NCBI GenBank assembly: GCA_040767925.1
Contig: JAXGNN010000001.1
Span: 1,486,888 to 1,550,887, forward strand
From: Christensenellales bacterium
GTDB taxonomy: Bacteria; Bacillota; Clostridia; Christensenellales; CAG-138
Reading direction: 5' to 3'
Length of the DNA: 64,000 nucleotides
Shown one piece after another: positions 17,173 to 28,100 of this stretch. Position numbers and translations under genes: made by a program. Below the pieces are notes generated by a model. That model searched no databases and was not told the DNA's origin. It saw nothing but the letters and a program-made list of their open reading frames with translations. Each line of letters opens with the position of its first letter. Position 1 is the first letter of the stretch.

Positions 17173-17239
17173 TTACTATCCGAAAGCAACTTACTACCCG
17201 AAAGATTACTGCCCGAGAAGAATGATATTCACTTCTCGG
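17173..17239 (+). repeat. Three TTACTNNCCGARAG direct repeats plus an 8-bp stem hairpin, downstream of parAB
   Basis: Repeats start at 17173, 17191 and 17206. Hairpin CCGAGAAG (17213-17220) / CTTCTCGG (17232-17239). Confidence 0.55.
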
Positions 17240-17317
17240 TTAGTAACACTCCCTTGTTGAAAGCGCCGAGAGGCGTTTTTTCACATAGACAAAAAACAAA
17301 ACGGAGGAAAAAACAAC

Positions 17318-20300
17318 ATGAAAACCAAACGACTTATGGCTCTGCTTCTGTGCCTGCTGACCGTCATCGGGCTAATGCCCGGGGTAGCGTCGGCAGCGCA
17401 AAGCACCGTCACCATCGAGTCCCAGACCAACAGCGCCTTTGACTATCTGCAATACTACTCGGACGGCGCATGGAAAGACCTCAACACACCCCGCCATTGG
17501 ATCGAGAGTACGGGCGAGGTCGTGTATTGCGTCGAGCACGCGGCATCCAACCCGCACGGGCAGACCTACACGGCGACCTCCCCCTCATCCGTTTTCTCGG
17601 CAAGTACGCTGTCGGGGCTGAATAGCATCCTCATGTATGGCTATCCCAACAACAAGCCCGCAGGCTTTACGGACGATGAAGCGCGGCAGGCAACGGCAAA
17701 CGCCATTCGTTTTTGGCTTAGTGAGCAGGGCGAAGCGGAATCGTACAGCTTCACCAACCGCAGCGCCAATCCGACCTATATCCGAGCTAAATCGGGATAT
17801 GAACACGTTTTGGAGTATGCGGATGAGCTGCTTGCAAAGGCTCGCGCAAGGCAGGAGCTTCCCCACAGCATTGGCTTCTCGCCCTCAACCGTACAGCTTA
17901 CCGCAAGCGGCAGCGGCTTTTCCGGGCAGACGAGCGTTCAACTTACCAACATCAACAGCGGCTATACGCTCAACACCAACGGCCTGCCCGCAGGCGCAAG
18001 TGTAAGCGGATATACGGGCAGCCGCAGCGAAACGCTGACCATCACCGTTCCCGCGTCGGCGGCAGGACAGAGCTTTTCCATCTCCGCACAGGGCAGCGAC
18101 ACAAGGAGCGTGGATAACATCACGGCATATGTGCCTGCAAGCGGTGACTATCAAAAAATCTTTCTGTGTGCCACCACAGCGCAGGTCGTCGCCACAGCTT
18201 CCTTCAATGTCGGCGTTCCCGCCTACGGACAGGTGCAAATCACCAAGACAGGCACGGGCGGCGCAGCGCTTGCGGGCGTAAAGTTCGGCATCTATTCCGA
18301 CAGCGGTTGCAGCAGCAAAATCGGTGAACTTACCACGGGCGCGGACGGCACGGCGACCTCCGGCAATCTATCCGTGGGTACGGTGTACATCAAGGAGCTT
18401 TCCGCCATCAGCCCATATGTTATGACCGCAGAGGTCAAAAGCGCCGCCATCACCACAAACAATGTGGCAAAGGTAGCGTTCACCAACAGCGTAGCAACGG
18501 GCAAAATCCTCATTCAGAAAACGGGCGATGTGCTGACGAGTAAGGAATCCAAAGAAACCGAGTATGGCACGGTGAGCGTTCCCGCTTATTCCGCAAAGGG
18601 CTTAAAGGGCGTTGTTTACGAGGTCAAGAACAGCGGAGGCACGGTCGTAGCGACCGTCACCACCAACGATAAGGGCGTTGCGGAAACAGACTCTCTTCCT
18701 CTCGGAACTTACACCGTGCAGGAAAAGAGCGCGCCCACGGGCTATATCGTGGATGATACCGTCCATACCGTGACCCTCGCCTACAAGGATCAGAACACCG
18801 CTGTTGTGACGGCGACCCTCAATGCCGACAACGAGCTTCGCACGGGCAGCGTGAAGATTCGCAAGATGACCGAGATGTTCAATTACGACAAGATCGACTT
18901 CTACAACGCGCTTGCGGAGGGATATGTGTTCGGGCTTTACACGGCGGAGGTCATTGGCGACGTTCCTGCCGATGTGCTTGTGGAGGTGCTGACCACTGAC
19001 GATCAGGGTATCGCACAGACCTCCGTGCAGCTTCCCTACGGCAAGTATTACTTGAAAGAGCTTGCCGTTCCCACGGAAACCATTGAGATGCTGACGGATA
19101 AGCTACCCGTGACCATTTCAAGCGAACTGAACACGGAATACTACGACAAGCCCATCTACAACACCATGTTTAAGGCGAAGATCGGTGTATATAAGCTCGA
19201 CGCCGCCAACACGGAGCGCGCGCTTACGGGTGCGGTGTTTGAGGTGCGTGACACGGCGGGCAAGCTGTTCGACACCATCACCACCAATAAGGATGGGTAT
19301 GCGGAAACCATCGACCTCCCCGTGGGCGAGTACAAAGTCAAAGAGGTACAGCCTCCGGCGGGCTTCATTCTTTCCGATGAGGTCAAAACCATTGCTCTTA
19401 CCACTGAGGACAAGCAAACTGCTGTCTTTGAAATGACGAACAAGGCGAACGCAGCAAAGGTACGCAAGCTCGACAGTCACACGGAACTGCCCCTTGCCAA
19501 TGCGACCATCAAGGTCACGGACGCAAGCGGTAAGGTGTTCTATGAGGGCAAGACCGCTGCTGACGGGTATATAAGCATGAAGGAGCTTCCCGCGGGCAAA
19601 TACACATGGCAGGAGGTCATAGCTCCCGAAGCCTACTCCATCGACCCCGCCCTGTATTCCTTCTCGATTGACGCATACGGCAAAGTCAAAGGTGACGTCC
19701 AGTTTGCCAACGACCCCATAACGCTCGAAATCTTGAAGATGAACACCTACACCAATGCTCCTATGGCGGGTATTACGTTCACTTTGCAGGATGTTGATGG
19801 CAACACCATCAAGACGAAGCTCGTTGAAGGCGGTTATCGCGTCCCCGCCGAGGAAGGCACGGAAACCTTTGTCACCGACGCCAACGGCAAGGCGGTGTTC
19901 AAGTATCTCAAAGCGGGCAAATACAAGCTCGTTGAAACTGTGCCTGTCGGGTATATCGCGGACGGGACAACGGAAATCGAACTGACCGACAAGCACAGCG
20001 AAACCAACCCCTGCAAGGTGACGGTCAACAACTGTCCCACAGGAATCAAAATCATCAAGGTGGACGCAAAGACCGAAAAGCCCATTACTGGCGCGGGTTT
20101 CCGCTTCAAGGTAAAGGACGGTTTGGGCTTTGAAACGCTGACATTCACCAAGCAGGAGGACGGCAAGTACGCCTTTGATGAAAAGGGTACGGTCATGGAT
20201 TTGATGGTGGACAAGAACGGCGAGGTGTTTATTCACGGTCTGCCGCTTGGGGACGTATGGATCGAGGAATCCGTTGTACCGAACGGCTATTTCCCCGTGG

Positions 20301-20506
20301 CTGCAAGGAAAATTGAAGTCACATCGGAAATGAGCGCGGTCAAGCCTCTTGAAATCAAGATTCCCAACAGCAAGAGCGTCAAGCTCGGTATGGACACGGA
20401 TTGGTGGGAGTTCCCCGCCATGATTGCAGGCGCGGTGCTGCTGCTTGGCGGCGCGGCGTTCCTCGTAATCAAGCGCAGAAAGAAACTCAGAGGATCGGAG
20501 GAATAA
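17318..20506 (+). CDS. Large surface adhesin: signal peptide, possible thioester domain, many Cna-B/SpaA-type repeats, C-terminal membrane anchor
   Basis: MKTKRLMALLLCLLTVIGLMPGVASA signal peptide. VVYCVEH and RQATANAIRFW resemble thioester Cys/Gln motifs. Repeated G..F.(L/V)....G....T(T/D)..G motifs. Tail AGAVLLLGGAAFLVIKRRKKLRGSEE. Confidence 0.8.
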   Translation: MKTKRLMALLLCLLTVIGLMPGVASAAQSTVTIESQTNSAFDYLQYYSDGAWKDLNTPRHWIESTGEVVYCVEHAASNPHGQTYTATSPSSVFSASTLSGLNSILMYGYPNNKPAGFTDDEARQATANAIRFWLSEQGEAESYSFTNRSANPTYIRAKSGYEHVLEYADELLAKARARQELPHSIGFSPSTVQLTASGSGFSGQTSVQLTNINSGYTLNTNGLPAGASVSGYTGSRSETLTITVPASAAGQSFSISAQGSDTRSVDNITAYVPASGDYQKIFLCATTAQVVATASFNVGVPAYGQVQITKTGTGGAALAGVKFGIYSDSGCSSKIGELTTGADGTATSGNLSVGTVYIKELSAISPYVMTAEVKSAAITTNNVAKVAFTNSVATGKILIQKTGDVLTSKESKETEYGTVSVPAYSAKGLKGVVYEVKNSGGTVVATVTTNDKGVAETDSLPLGTYTVQEKSAPTGYIVDDTVHTVTLAYKDQNTAVVTATLNADNELRTGSVKIRKMTEMFNYDKIDFYNALAEGYVFGLYTAEVIGDVPADVLVEVLTTDDQGIAQTSVQLPYGKYYLKELAVPTETIEMLTDKLPVTISSELNTEYYDKPIYNTMFKAKIGVYKLDAANTERALTGAVFEVRDTAGKLFDTITTNKDGYAETIDLPVGEYKVKEVQPPAGFILSDEVKTIALTTEDKQTAVFEMTNKANAAKVRKLDSHTELPLANATIKVTDASGKVFYEGKTAADGYISMKELPAGKYTWQEVIAPEAYSIDPALYSFSIDAYGKVKGDVQFANDPITLEILKMNTYTNAPMAGITFTLQDVDGNTIKTKLVEGGYRVPAEEGTETFVTDANGKAVFKYLKAGKYKLVETVPVGYIADGTTEIELTDKHSETNPCKVTVNNCPTGIKIIKVDAKTEKPITGAGFRFKVKDGLGFETLTFTKQEDGKYAFDEKGTVMDLMVDKNGEVFIHGLPLGDVWIEESVVPNGYFPVAARKIEVTSEMSAVKPLEIKIPNSKSVKLGMDTDWWEFPAMIAGAVLLLGGAAFLVIKRRKKLRGSEE

Positions 20507-20509
20507 GCA

Positions 20510-20605
20510 ATGGAACTGAAAGCTATTTTGGCAATCGTGCTGTGCCTCGTCATTGTCGGCGGCGCAGTCTTTTTGTATGTAAGGAACAAGAATAAGAGGA
20601 AATAG
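20510..20605 (+). CDS. 31-aa single-TM peptide (not in ORF track)
   Basis: GGAGG 8 nt upstream of ATG. MELKAILAIVLCLVIVGGAVFLYVRNKNKRK. Confidence 0.4.
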   Translation: MELKAILAIVLCLVIVGGAVFLYVRNKNKRK

Positions 20606-20656
20606 CATATACAGAGGGCTTCGCGCCCTCTTTTACATAACCACGAAGAAAGGAGT

Positions 20657-21202
20657 TTGACTATGAAAGAGAAAGAAATCAATGCCGGATATGAGATTAT
20701 TGAACGCTTCCCTGTTGGCGAACAGGGCTTTGCGATAGGACATAGCGAAACAGCGCCCGCGCCCTACGTCACATGGCAGTACCGCACCGCAGACCCCTCC
20801 CATTTCTTTTGGGGGCATTACGCAAGCTCCAAAGAAGCAGCGTATGAGGATTATCGGGGCAGGATAAATACAGAGGTTGAATATGTTTCGGAGCGTACTC
20901 ATAAGCCCCCGCTTCTGCCGCAGTTCTGCTACACGCTCATGCCGTCAAGCGGCGAACTGATACGGATAGAGCGCGGCTGCAAGGGATATGAAAAGACCTC
21001 TTACGGCTCTACGGACGACCCCGCTCTGAATCGCAAGACTGCCGACAGCCGCAACCGTGAAATGGGCGTCACGCGGGCGCAGGAGGAAGCCATGCTTGCG
21101 GGAAGTCTTTTCGGTTGGCAGACGAAGGCCGCCGACCCCCGCAGCTATGATGAGAACGGACAGCCGAAGCGCATGAAAAAGCGCGATGAGCTGGAGCGAT
21201 AA
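20657..21202 (+). CDS. Conjugative-element hypothetical protein (181 aa)
   Basis: AAAGGAG SD. The N-terminal domain is paralogous to the next ORF (KEKxxAGxEIxxxxxxGxxxxxxG). Ends ...MKKRDELER. Confidence 0.7.
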   Translation: MTMKEKEINAGYEIIERFPVGEQGFAIGHSETAPAPYVTWQYRTADPSHFFWGHYASSKEAAYEDYRGRINTEVEYVSERTHKPPLLPQFCYTLMPSSGELIRIERGCKGYEKTSYGSTDDPALNRKTADSRNREMGVTRAQEEAMLAGSLFGWQTKAADPRSYDENGQPKRMKKRDELER

Positions 21203-21214
21203 GGAGGCAGCGAT

Positions 21215-21817
21215 ATGGAAAATAACAAAGAGAAGCGCATGGCGGGCTGTTGGGAGATACTCCATGCCCTCCACATAGGAGATAAGGAGGTCGTGTTCGG
21301 TGAAAATCTGACCGACCCCAACGAAGCGCGGTATATGTGCGCCTACTGCACAGCCAATGACATCATGCGCGGATATGATGAGTGCATGGCGAGCGACGAT
21401 TACCTTGAGATCATGGAGCTATACACCGAGCGAGTCACGGGACAAATCGAAGCGGTGAAAGCGGAAATCGCGGAACGGCAACTGCCCGTCATGACCATTT
21501 CCGCCGACCAATGCCACAAGAACGACCTCTCGAAAAGCATTGTCGGCAAGATCGTCGCTATACGCGCCGATGCGTTAAGGCGCGAGTACAGAAGCGCAGG
21601 CCATCAGCTTGTGTTGGTCAACGGCGGTTTCGGCGCGGCAGCAAACGCCCGTGGCAGCGCGGTGTATGCCACCAACCTATACAGCGGCAAAGAGAGCCGG
21701 TATGAACGCCGCGACATTCAAGGCGAGGTTAAACCAGAGCATATCCCGCATTGGGCGCTTGAAAAGGCGGCGAGGATACGAGAACGCGAGAAAAAGAGGG
21801 ATGAGTTGGAAAGGTGA
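21215..21817 (+). CDS. Conjugative-element hypothetical protein (200 aa), paralogous N-terminus to 20657-21202
   Basis: TAAGGAGG SD. Ends ...EKKRDELER. Confidence 0.7.
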   Translation: MENNKEKRMAGCWEILHALHIGDKEVVFGENLTDPNEARYMCAYCTANDIMRGYDECMASDDYLEIMELYTERVTGQIEAVKAEIAERQLPVMTISADQCHKNDLSKSIVGKIVAIRADALRREYRSAGHQLVLVNGGFGAAANARGSAVYATNLYSGKESRYERRDIQGEVKPEHIPHWALEKAARIREREKKRDELER

Positions 21818-21866
21818 GTATGATATAATAGTTGATAGATAAATCGGAAGTTGCGGAGGTGAAACG

Positions 21867-22067
21867 GTGAAAAAAGCAAGTAGAGTAACAGTGATACTTT
21901 ACGCTTTGTGTGCAGTTATTTGGTCAATTTGAGCCCTACTGGAAGTGATATATCAAACATATAACGATTCTGTTTTCTTGTTTGTGCTAAATATCCTTTG
22001 TGCGGTAATTTGGATTGCGGCATTTATAAAGACTCTAAAGCAATATCGTTCCAGTAAAGAAGATTGA
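21867..22067 (+). pseudogene. Small two-TM membrane protein ORF interrupted by an in-frame TGA (21930-21932), in an AT-rich islet
   Basis: GGAGGTG SD, GTG start. VKKASRVTVILYALCAVIWSI * ALLEVIYQTYNDSVFLFVLNILCAVIWIAAFIKTLKQYRSSKED. LCAVIW occurs in both halves. Confidence 0.4.
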
Positions 22068-22102
22068 CAACTTCCCGTTTGTCGGGTAAATAGCAGCTAT
22101 TG

Positions 22103-22131
22103 AGCAGCCAACCACGGCTGCTTTTTCTTTT
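22103..22131 (+). terminator. Intrinsic terminator
   Basis: AGCAGCC aaccac GGCTGCT TTTTCTTTT. Confidence 0.75.
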
Positions 22132-22158
22132 GCTCCAAAATCAGAAAAGGAGGTCAAA

Positions 22159-25100
22159 ATGGCTACAAAACTTCACATGATGTCCGAGCTTGCGGCGCAG
22201 ACAACGGAACAGCTTACGCAGTCCGTTGGCAACTGGACGAGATTCCTCGATTCCGCCGCATGGCTCTACAAGTATCCGTTCCACGAACAGGTGCTTATCC
22301 ATGCCCAGCGTCCCGACGCGACAGCCTGCGCGCCCATAGAGCTTTGGAACGATACGTTCAGGCGGTGGGTAAACAAAGGCGCAAAGGGCATCGCGCTCAT
22401 CGACGACAGCGGGCAGAAGCCCGCGCTTCGGTATGTGTTCGATATTTCCGATACCAATACGCGCTACAATATTCCGTTCAGATTGTGGCAGGCAAAGCCG
22501 GAGCAGTATTCGCAGATCATCGAGGAACTGCAAAACCACTTCGGGGACACGGGAATTGAGGACGCAGACCTATCTACTGCGGTGCTGGGAATCGCTATCA
22601 ACGCCGTATCGGACAACTACCGCGACTACTATGAGGAACTTCTCAAAGTAGCGGATAACAGCGCACTTACGGATTTAAGCGACGATGAGATAAGCTCCAC
22701 CTTCATGTTGCAGCTTATGACGAGCGTTTCCCATACGGTATTGGTGCGCTTGGGAATCGACCCCGCCTCCATTTTTCACGGTAACGAGTATGACAGCATA
22801 TCGCTGTTCAACTCGCCCGACACCATAGCGCAGCTTGGTGCGGCGACAAGCGACATTTCCGAAATGGTCTTGCGGCAGATAGAGCGCAGCGTCCGCAGCA
22901 TGGAACGGCAGGAGCGCGACACACTTGCAAAATCCCCACAGGTCTTGCAGAATGAAGATAGGAAAAACGAAAGGAGCGACGGATATGGAACTCAATTACA
23001 GACAGAACGGGGACTATCTGATTCCCGATATAGAGATGGACGAGCAGCCGAAGGAGCAGATCGGCAAATACGGGATGATGAGGAAAGCGTTTCTCAAAGA
23101 GCGTCGGAGTGGAACGTACAACGCTCTGTTGCTTCAGAACAAGCTGACCGAGCATCTCTTGGAGATCGACAGGACGGCGCGGGAGCAGATCGAGCAGACG
23201 ATGGCGCAGATGATGAGCGCCGAGGGCGTGACGGAGAGCTTGAAAGCATCGGATCAGATGGCTTGGGTGCAGCAGATGAACAGCATCAAGAGCCGAGCCG
23301 AGGAGATGGCGATAGCGGATATAGTCCACAGCTAAGTCTTTTTCCATCGGCAGAGGAACAAATCGAACAGATTGAGCAAGCGGAAGCAAAAACGGCTTCC
23401 GCTTTTTCTATCTCGCAGGCTGACTTGGACAACGAGCTTGTGCGCGGGACTGGCTTTCAAGATGGAAAATATCGCGTGTATCAGTTCTATCAGACCATTC
23501 ATACACAGCAGGACGCGCTTACTTTTCTGAAAAAGGAATACGGTATTGGCGGTCACTCTCACAGCTATCTCGATGGCAGCAGCGGTTTTGTAGACCACGA
23601 TGCGAAAGGCATCCGATTCCGTGTCCGTGGCAACGATGGCGAACAGAACTTCTCGTGGCGAACCATAGACAGCCGATTGAAAGAGCTTATCGCCCTTGAC
23701 CGTTACCTCACCGAGAAAGAAAAAACGTATCTTCCGACGTATGAGCAGCAAGAAGCAGAACGACGGGAGCGCGTTGCCGAGGAAGTGGCGGTGCGGGAGG
23801 CGTTGAAAGCAGCCGCAGCCTCTATGGACGAAACCCGCAGGAACGCCGAATACCGCTTCGCGCTTGGCGATGAGGTGCAGCTTGGCGCACAGACCTATAC
23901 CGTGCTTGGATATGACGATACAAACGTCATGCTCTCCAACCCTAAATATCCCTTGCTTTCCGAGGATATGCCCCGCGAGGTGTTTGAGCGCCGCTTACGG
24001 GAAAGCGAAGTCAACGACCACCTTATTGTTACGGAACAAGCCAAAGAAACCATGTCGGACGAACGCCCGTATCAATATGCCGTAGACGATGTGGTGTATA
24101 TCAACGACACCGCTTACCGCATTACCGAGGTGCGAGATTCGTCGGTACAGCTTCTCGACCCAACACTCCCTTATCCCATATTCCGTGCAGAAAATCGGGA
24201 AACCTTTGAGCATTTTTTGGAGCAGGACGAGCGTAATAGCCGCTATATCATCGGTATGCCGTATCGGGAAACCACGAAATACAATCTTCGTGAGGAGGCT
24301 ATTGTAGCACCCGATAATCCCGATATATCGCAGCTTGACCGCGAGGAAGCCTTGCAGCTTTTTGACGATGGAGAGGACATTTATCTATACGATAGAGAAC
24401 TGCAAACCGAGGTCATAGCGGAAACGCGGGAAGATATTGAAACCCATGACGGCATCTTTGCTATTGGCAGCTATTCCGACAAGCCGGAGGAAGAAATCGA
24501 GGCCGAGCCGCAGCCCGAACAGCCCCTTGCTCCCGCTTGGGAACAGCCGAAAGAAGTCAAGCTGAAAAGCATCGTCATCGACCTTACGCAGCCCCGTGTT
24601 GAAAAGCATAATTTCCGCATTACCGACGACGAGCTTGGCTACGGCGGCGCAAAGGCGAAGTATCAGATGAACGTAGCGGCAATCCGCACCTTGCAGAGCA
24701 TCGAAGCGGAGCGTCGCCTTGCCACACCCGAGGAACAGGAAATCCTTTCCCGTTATGTCGGCTGGGGCGGCGTCGCTGACGCTTTTGACGAGAGTAAGGA
24801 TAACTGGCGCGCCGAATACGCTGAACTCAAAGGCTTACTGACCGAGAGCGAATATGAATCCGCCCGTGAATCGACGCTGAACGCCCATTACACAAGCCCC
24901 ACCGTCATCAAGGCGATATATGAGTGCGTCGCAAACATGGGCTTCACCACAGGCAATGTGTTGGAGCCTGCCTGCGGCGTCGGCAACTTCTTCGGGCTTG
25001 TGCCGGAGAGCATGGGAAGGAGTAAGCTCTACGGAATCGAGCTTGACTCCATCACGGGCAGGATCGCCAAACAGCTTTATCAGAACGCGAACATCGCCGT

Positions 25101-28100
25101 GCAGGGGTATGAGGATTCATCCTTGCCTGACAGCTTCTTCGACCTCGCCGTTGGCAACGTGCCTTTCGGGAATTACGGCATTGCGGATAAGCGGTACGAC
25201 AAAAACCATTTCATGGTGCATGACTACTTCTTCGCCAAAACGCTCGACAAGGTGCGCCCGGGCGGTATCATCGCGTTCGTGACCTCATCGGGGACGATGG
25301 ACAAAAAGAACTCCGCTGTACGGAAGTATATCGCACAAAGAGCCGAGCTTCTTGGAGCGGTCAGACTTCCGAACAACGCCTTCCTGCAAAACGCGGGAAC
25401 ACAGGTCGTTGCGGACATTCTGTTCCTGCAAAAGCGTGACAGAGCCGTAATAGGGCTCCCGTCGAATCGAAGATTCGATGGGAAAAGGAGGAGCGACGGA
25501 GTGGATGAGCTTTCGGATTTATCCGGAAGCGAAGTATACGGAGTCCGCGACGACGCCGAGCCGGAATGGGTACATCTTGGCAAGAGTGCAGAAGGCTTCA
25601 CCGTCAACCAATACTTCGTGGATAATCCCGATATGGTATTGGGGCAGCTTACCGAGGAAAGTACGCAATACGGCAGACAGGAATGTACCTGTGCGCCTAT
25701 CGCGGGAGCAGACCTTTCCGAACAGCTACGCGACGCAATGGCGAACATCCACGGCTCTATCACCGAGTACGAGCGCGAGGAGGATGAGCTTTCCGAAAGC
25801 GCGACCGAGAGCATACCCGCCGACACCGATGTGCGGAACTTCTCCTTTACCGTTGTGGACGGGCAAATCTATTACCGTGAGAACAGCCGCATGAACAAGA
25901 TGGAGGTTTCCGTCACGGCGGCAAACCGCATCAAGGGCATGATAGAGCTTCGGGACTGTACCCGCAGATTGATCGAATATCAGCTTGAAGGCTATCCCGA
26001 CGAGGACATTTCAAGGGAGCAGCGCAATCTAAATACCCTTTACGACAGATATACCGATAAATACGGTCTGCTGAACAGCCGCGCCAACAACATGGCATTC
26101 TCGGACGATTCCGCTTACTGCCTGCTTTGCTCGCTTGAAGTCATTGACGAGAACGGCAATCTGGAGCGCAAAGCGGATATGTTCACGCGCAGGACGATAC
26201 GGCAGCAGAGCGTAGTTACTTCGGTGGATACCGCGACAGAAGCACTTGCCGTTTCCCTGTCCGAAAAAGCAAAGGTCGATATGCCATATATGGCAGAGCT
26301 TACGGGCAAGACTGAGGAACAGCTTGCGGACGAGCTAACGGGAGTAATCTTCCTCAACCCTACGACAAAGCAATATGAAACTGCCGATGAGTACCTTTCG
26401 GGCGATGTGCGCTGGAAGCTGCAACTGTTAAAGGAAATCGACGATCCTCAATATGCGTCGAACATGGCGGCGCTTGAAAAGGTGCAGCCCAAAGACCTCT
26501 CTGCTTCGGAAATCGACGTGCGCTTGGGCGCAACGTGGCTTCCGCCCGAGGACATTGAACAGTTCGTGCATGAGCTTTTAAGCACCGCCTACTATATCCG
26601 AAACCGCATCAAGGTACACTATTCGCCCATCACTGCGGCATGGAACATCGAGAACAAGAACTCGGATTACAACAACGTCGCCGCGGGCGTCACCTACGGC
26701 ACAAACCGTATCAACGCCTACAAGATCATCGAGGAAACGCTCAACCTCAAAGACGTTCGCATTTTCGATACCAAGCTGGATGAAAACGGTAACGAAGTGC
26801 GGGTACTGAACAAGAAGGACACGATATTAGCGCAGCAAAAGCAGCAACTTATCAAGGACGCTTTCCGTGACTGGATATGGAAAGACCCGAATCGCCGCGA
26901 CAGACTGACAACGCTCTACAACACCAAGTTCAACAGCATACGCCCCCGTGAATACGACGGCAGCCACATCAAGTTTGTGGGCATGAATCCCGAGATAACC
27001 TTGCGTCCCCATCAGGTGAACGCTATTGCAAGGACGCTGTATGGAGGCAACACGCTTCTCGCCCATGTTGTAGGCGCGGGCAAGACCTTTGAGATGGTCG
27101 CCGCGTCTATGGAGAGCAAACGCTTGGGGCTGTGTCAAAAGAGCCTGTTCGTCGTGCCGAATCATTTGACCGAACAATGGGCGGCGGAGTTTTTGCAGCT
27201 ATATCCATCCGCAAACATCCTTGTGGCGACGAAAAAGGATTTTGAAACCCGTAACCGCAAGAAGTTTTGCAGCAGGATCGCCACAGGCGATTACGATGCC
27301 GTTATCATCGGACACAGCCAGTTCGAGAAGATACCGTTGAGCGTGGAGCGTCAGCGGACTGTGTTGCAGGAGCAGCTTGACGAGATCGTGGACGGGATAG
27401 CCGAAGCCAAGAGCGCCCATGCGGAGCGTTTCACGGTCAAGCAGCTTGAAAAGACCAAGAAGCAGATCAAGCTGAAGCTCGACAAGTTGAACGACCAAAG
27501 CCGCAAGGATGATGTTGTGACCTTCGAGGAATTGGGCGTTGACCGCCTGTTTGTGGATGAGGCGCATTTTTACAAAAACCTGTTCCTGTTCACCAAAATG
27601 CGGAACGTGGCGGGCTTGGCGCAGACCGAAGCGCAGAAATCCTCCGACCTCTTTATGAAGTGCCGCTATCTCGACGAACTGACGGGCGGGCGCGGTATCG
27701 TCTTCGCAACAGGTACGCCCATATCCAACAGCATGACCGAGATGTATACCATGCAGCGGTATCTGCAATATGAAACGCTGCAACGGCAAGGTCTGACGCA
27801 CTTTGACGCTTGGGCTTCCACCTTTGGCGAAACCATCACCTCTATCGAGCTTGCGCCGGAGGGAACGGGCTATCGAGCCAAGACGCGGTTTGCACGGTTT
27901 TACAACCTCCCCGAGCTTATATCCATGTTCAAACAGGTGGCGGACATTCAGACCGCCGATATGCTCAATCTTCCCGTTCCTACTGTCAGCTACCACAACG
28001 TAGTCATGAAGCCCTCGGAGTATCAGCGGGATATGGTAGCGTCGCTTGCGGAGCGCGCCGAGCGGGTGAGAAACGGCATGGTCGAGCCAACCGAGGACAA

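Noticed and set aside
19118-20608. 496-aa minus-strand ORF opposite the adhesin gene
   Set aside because: It is an antisense shadow of a long repetitive gene with no SD, and it runs through the adhesin stop and the small TM ORF.
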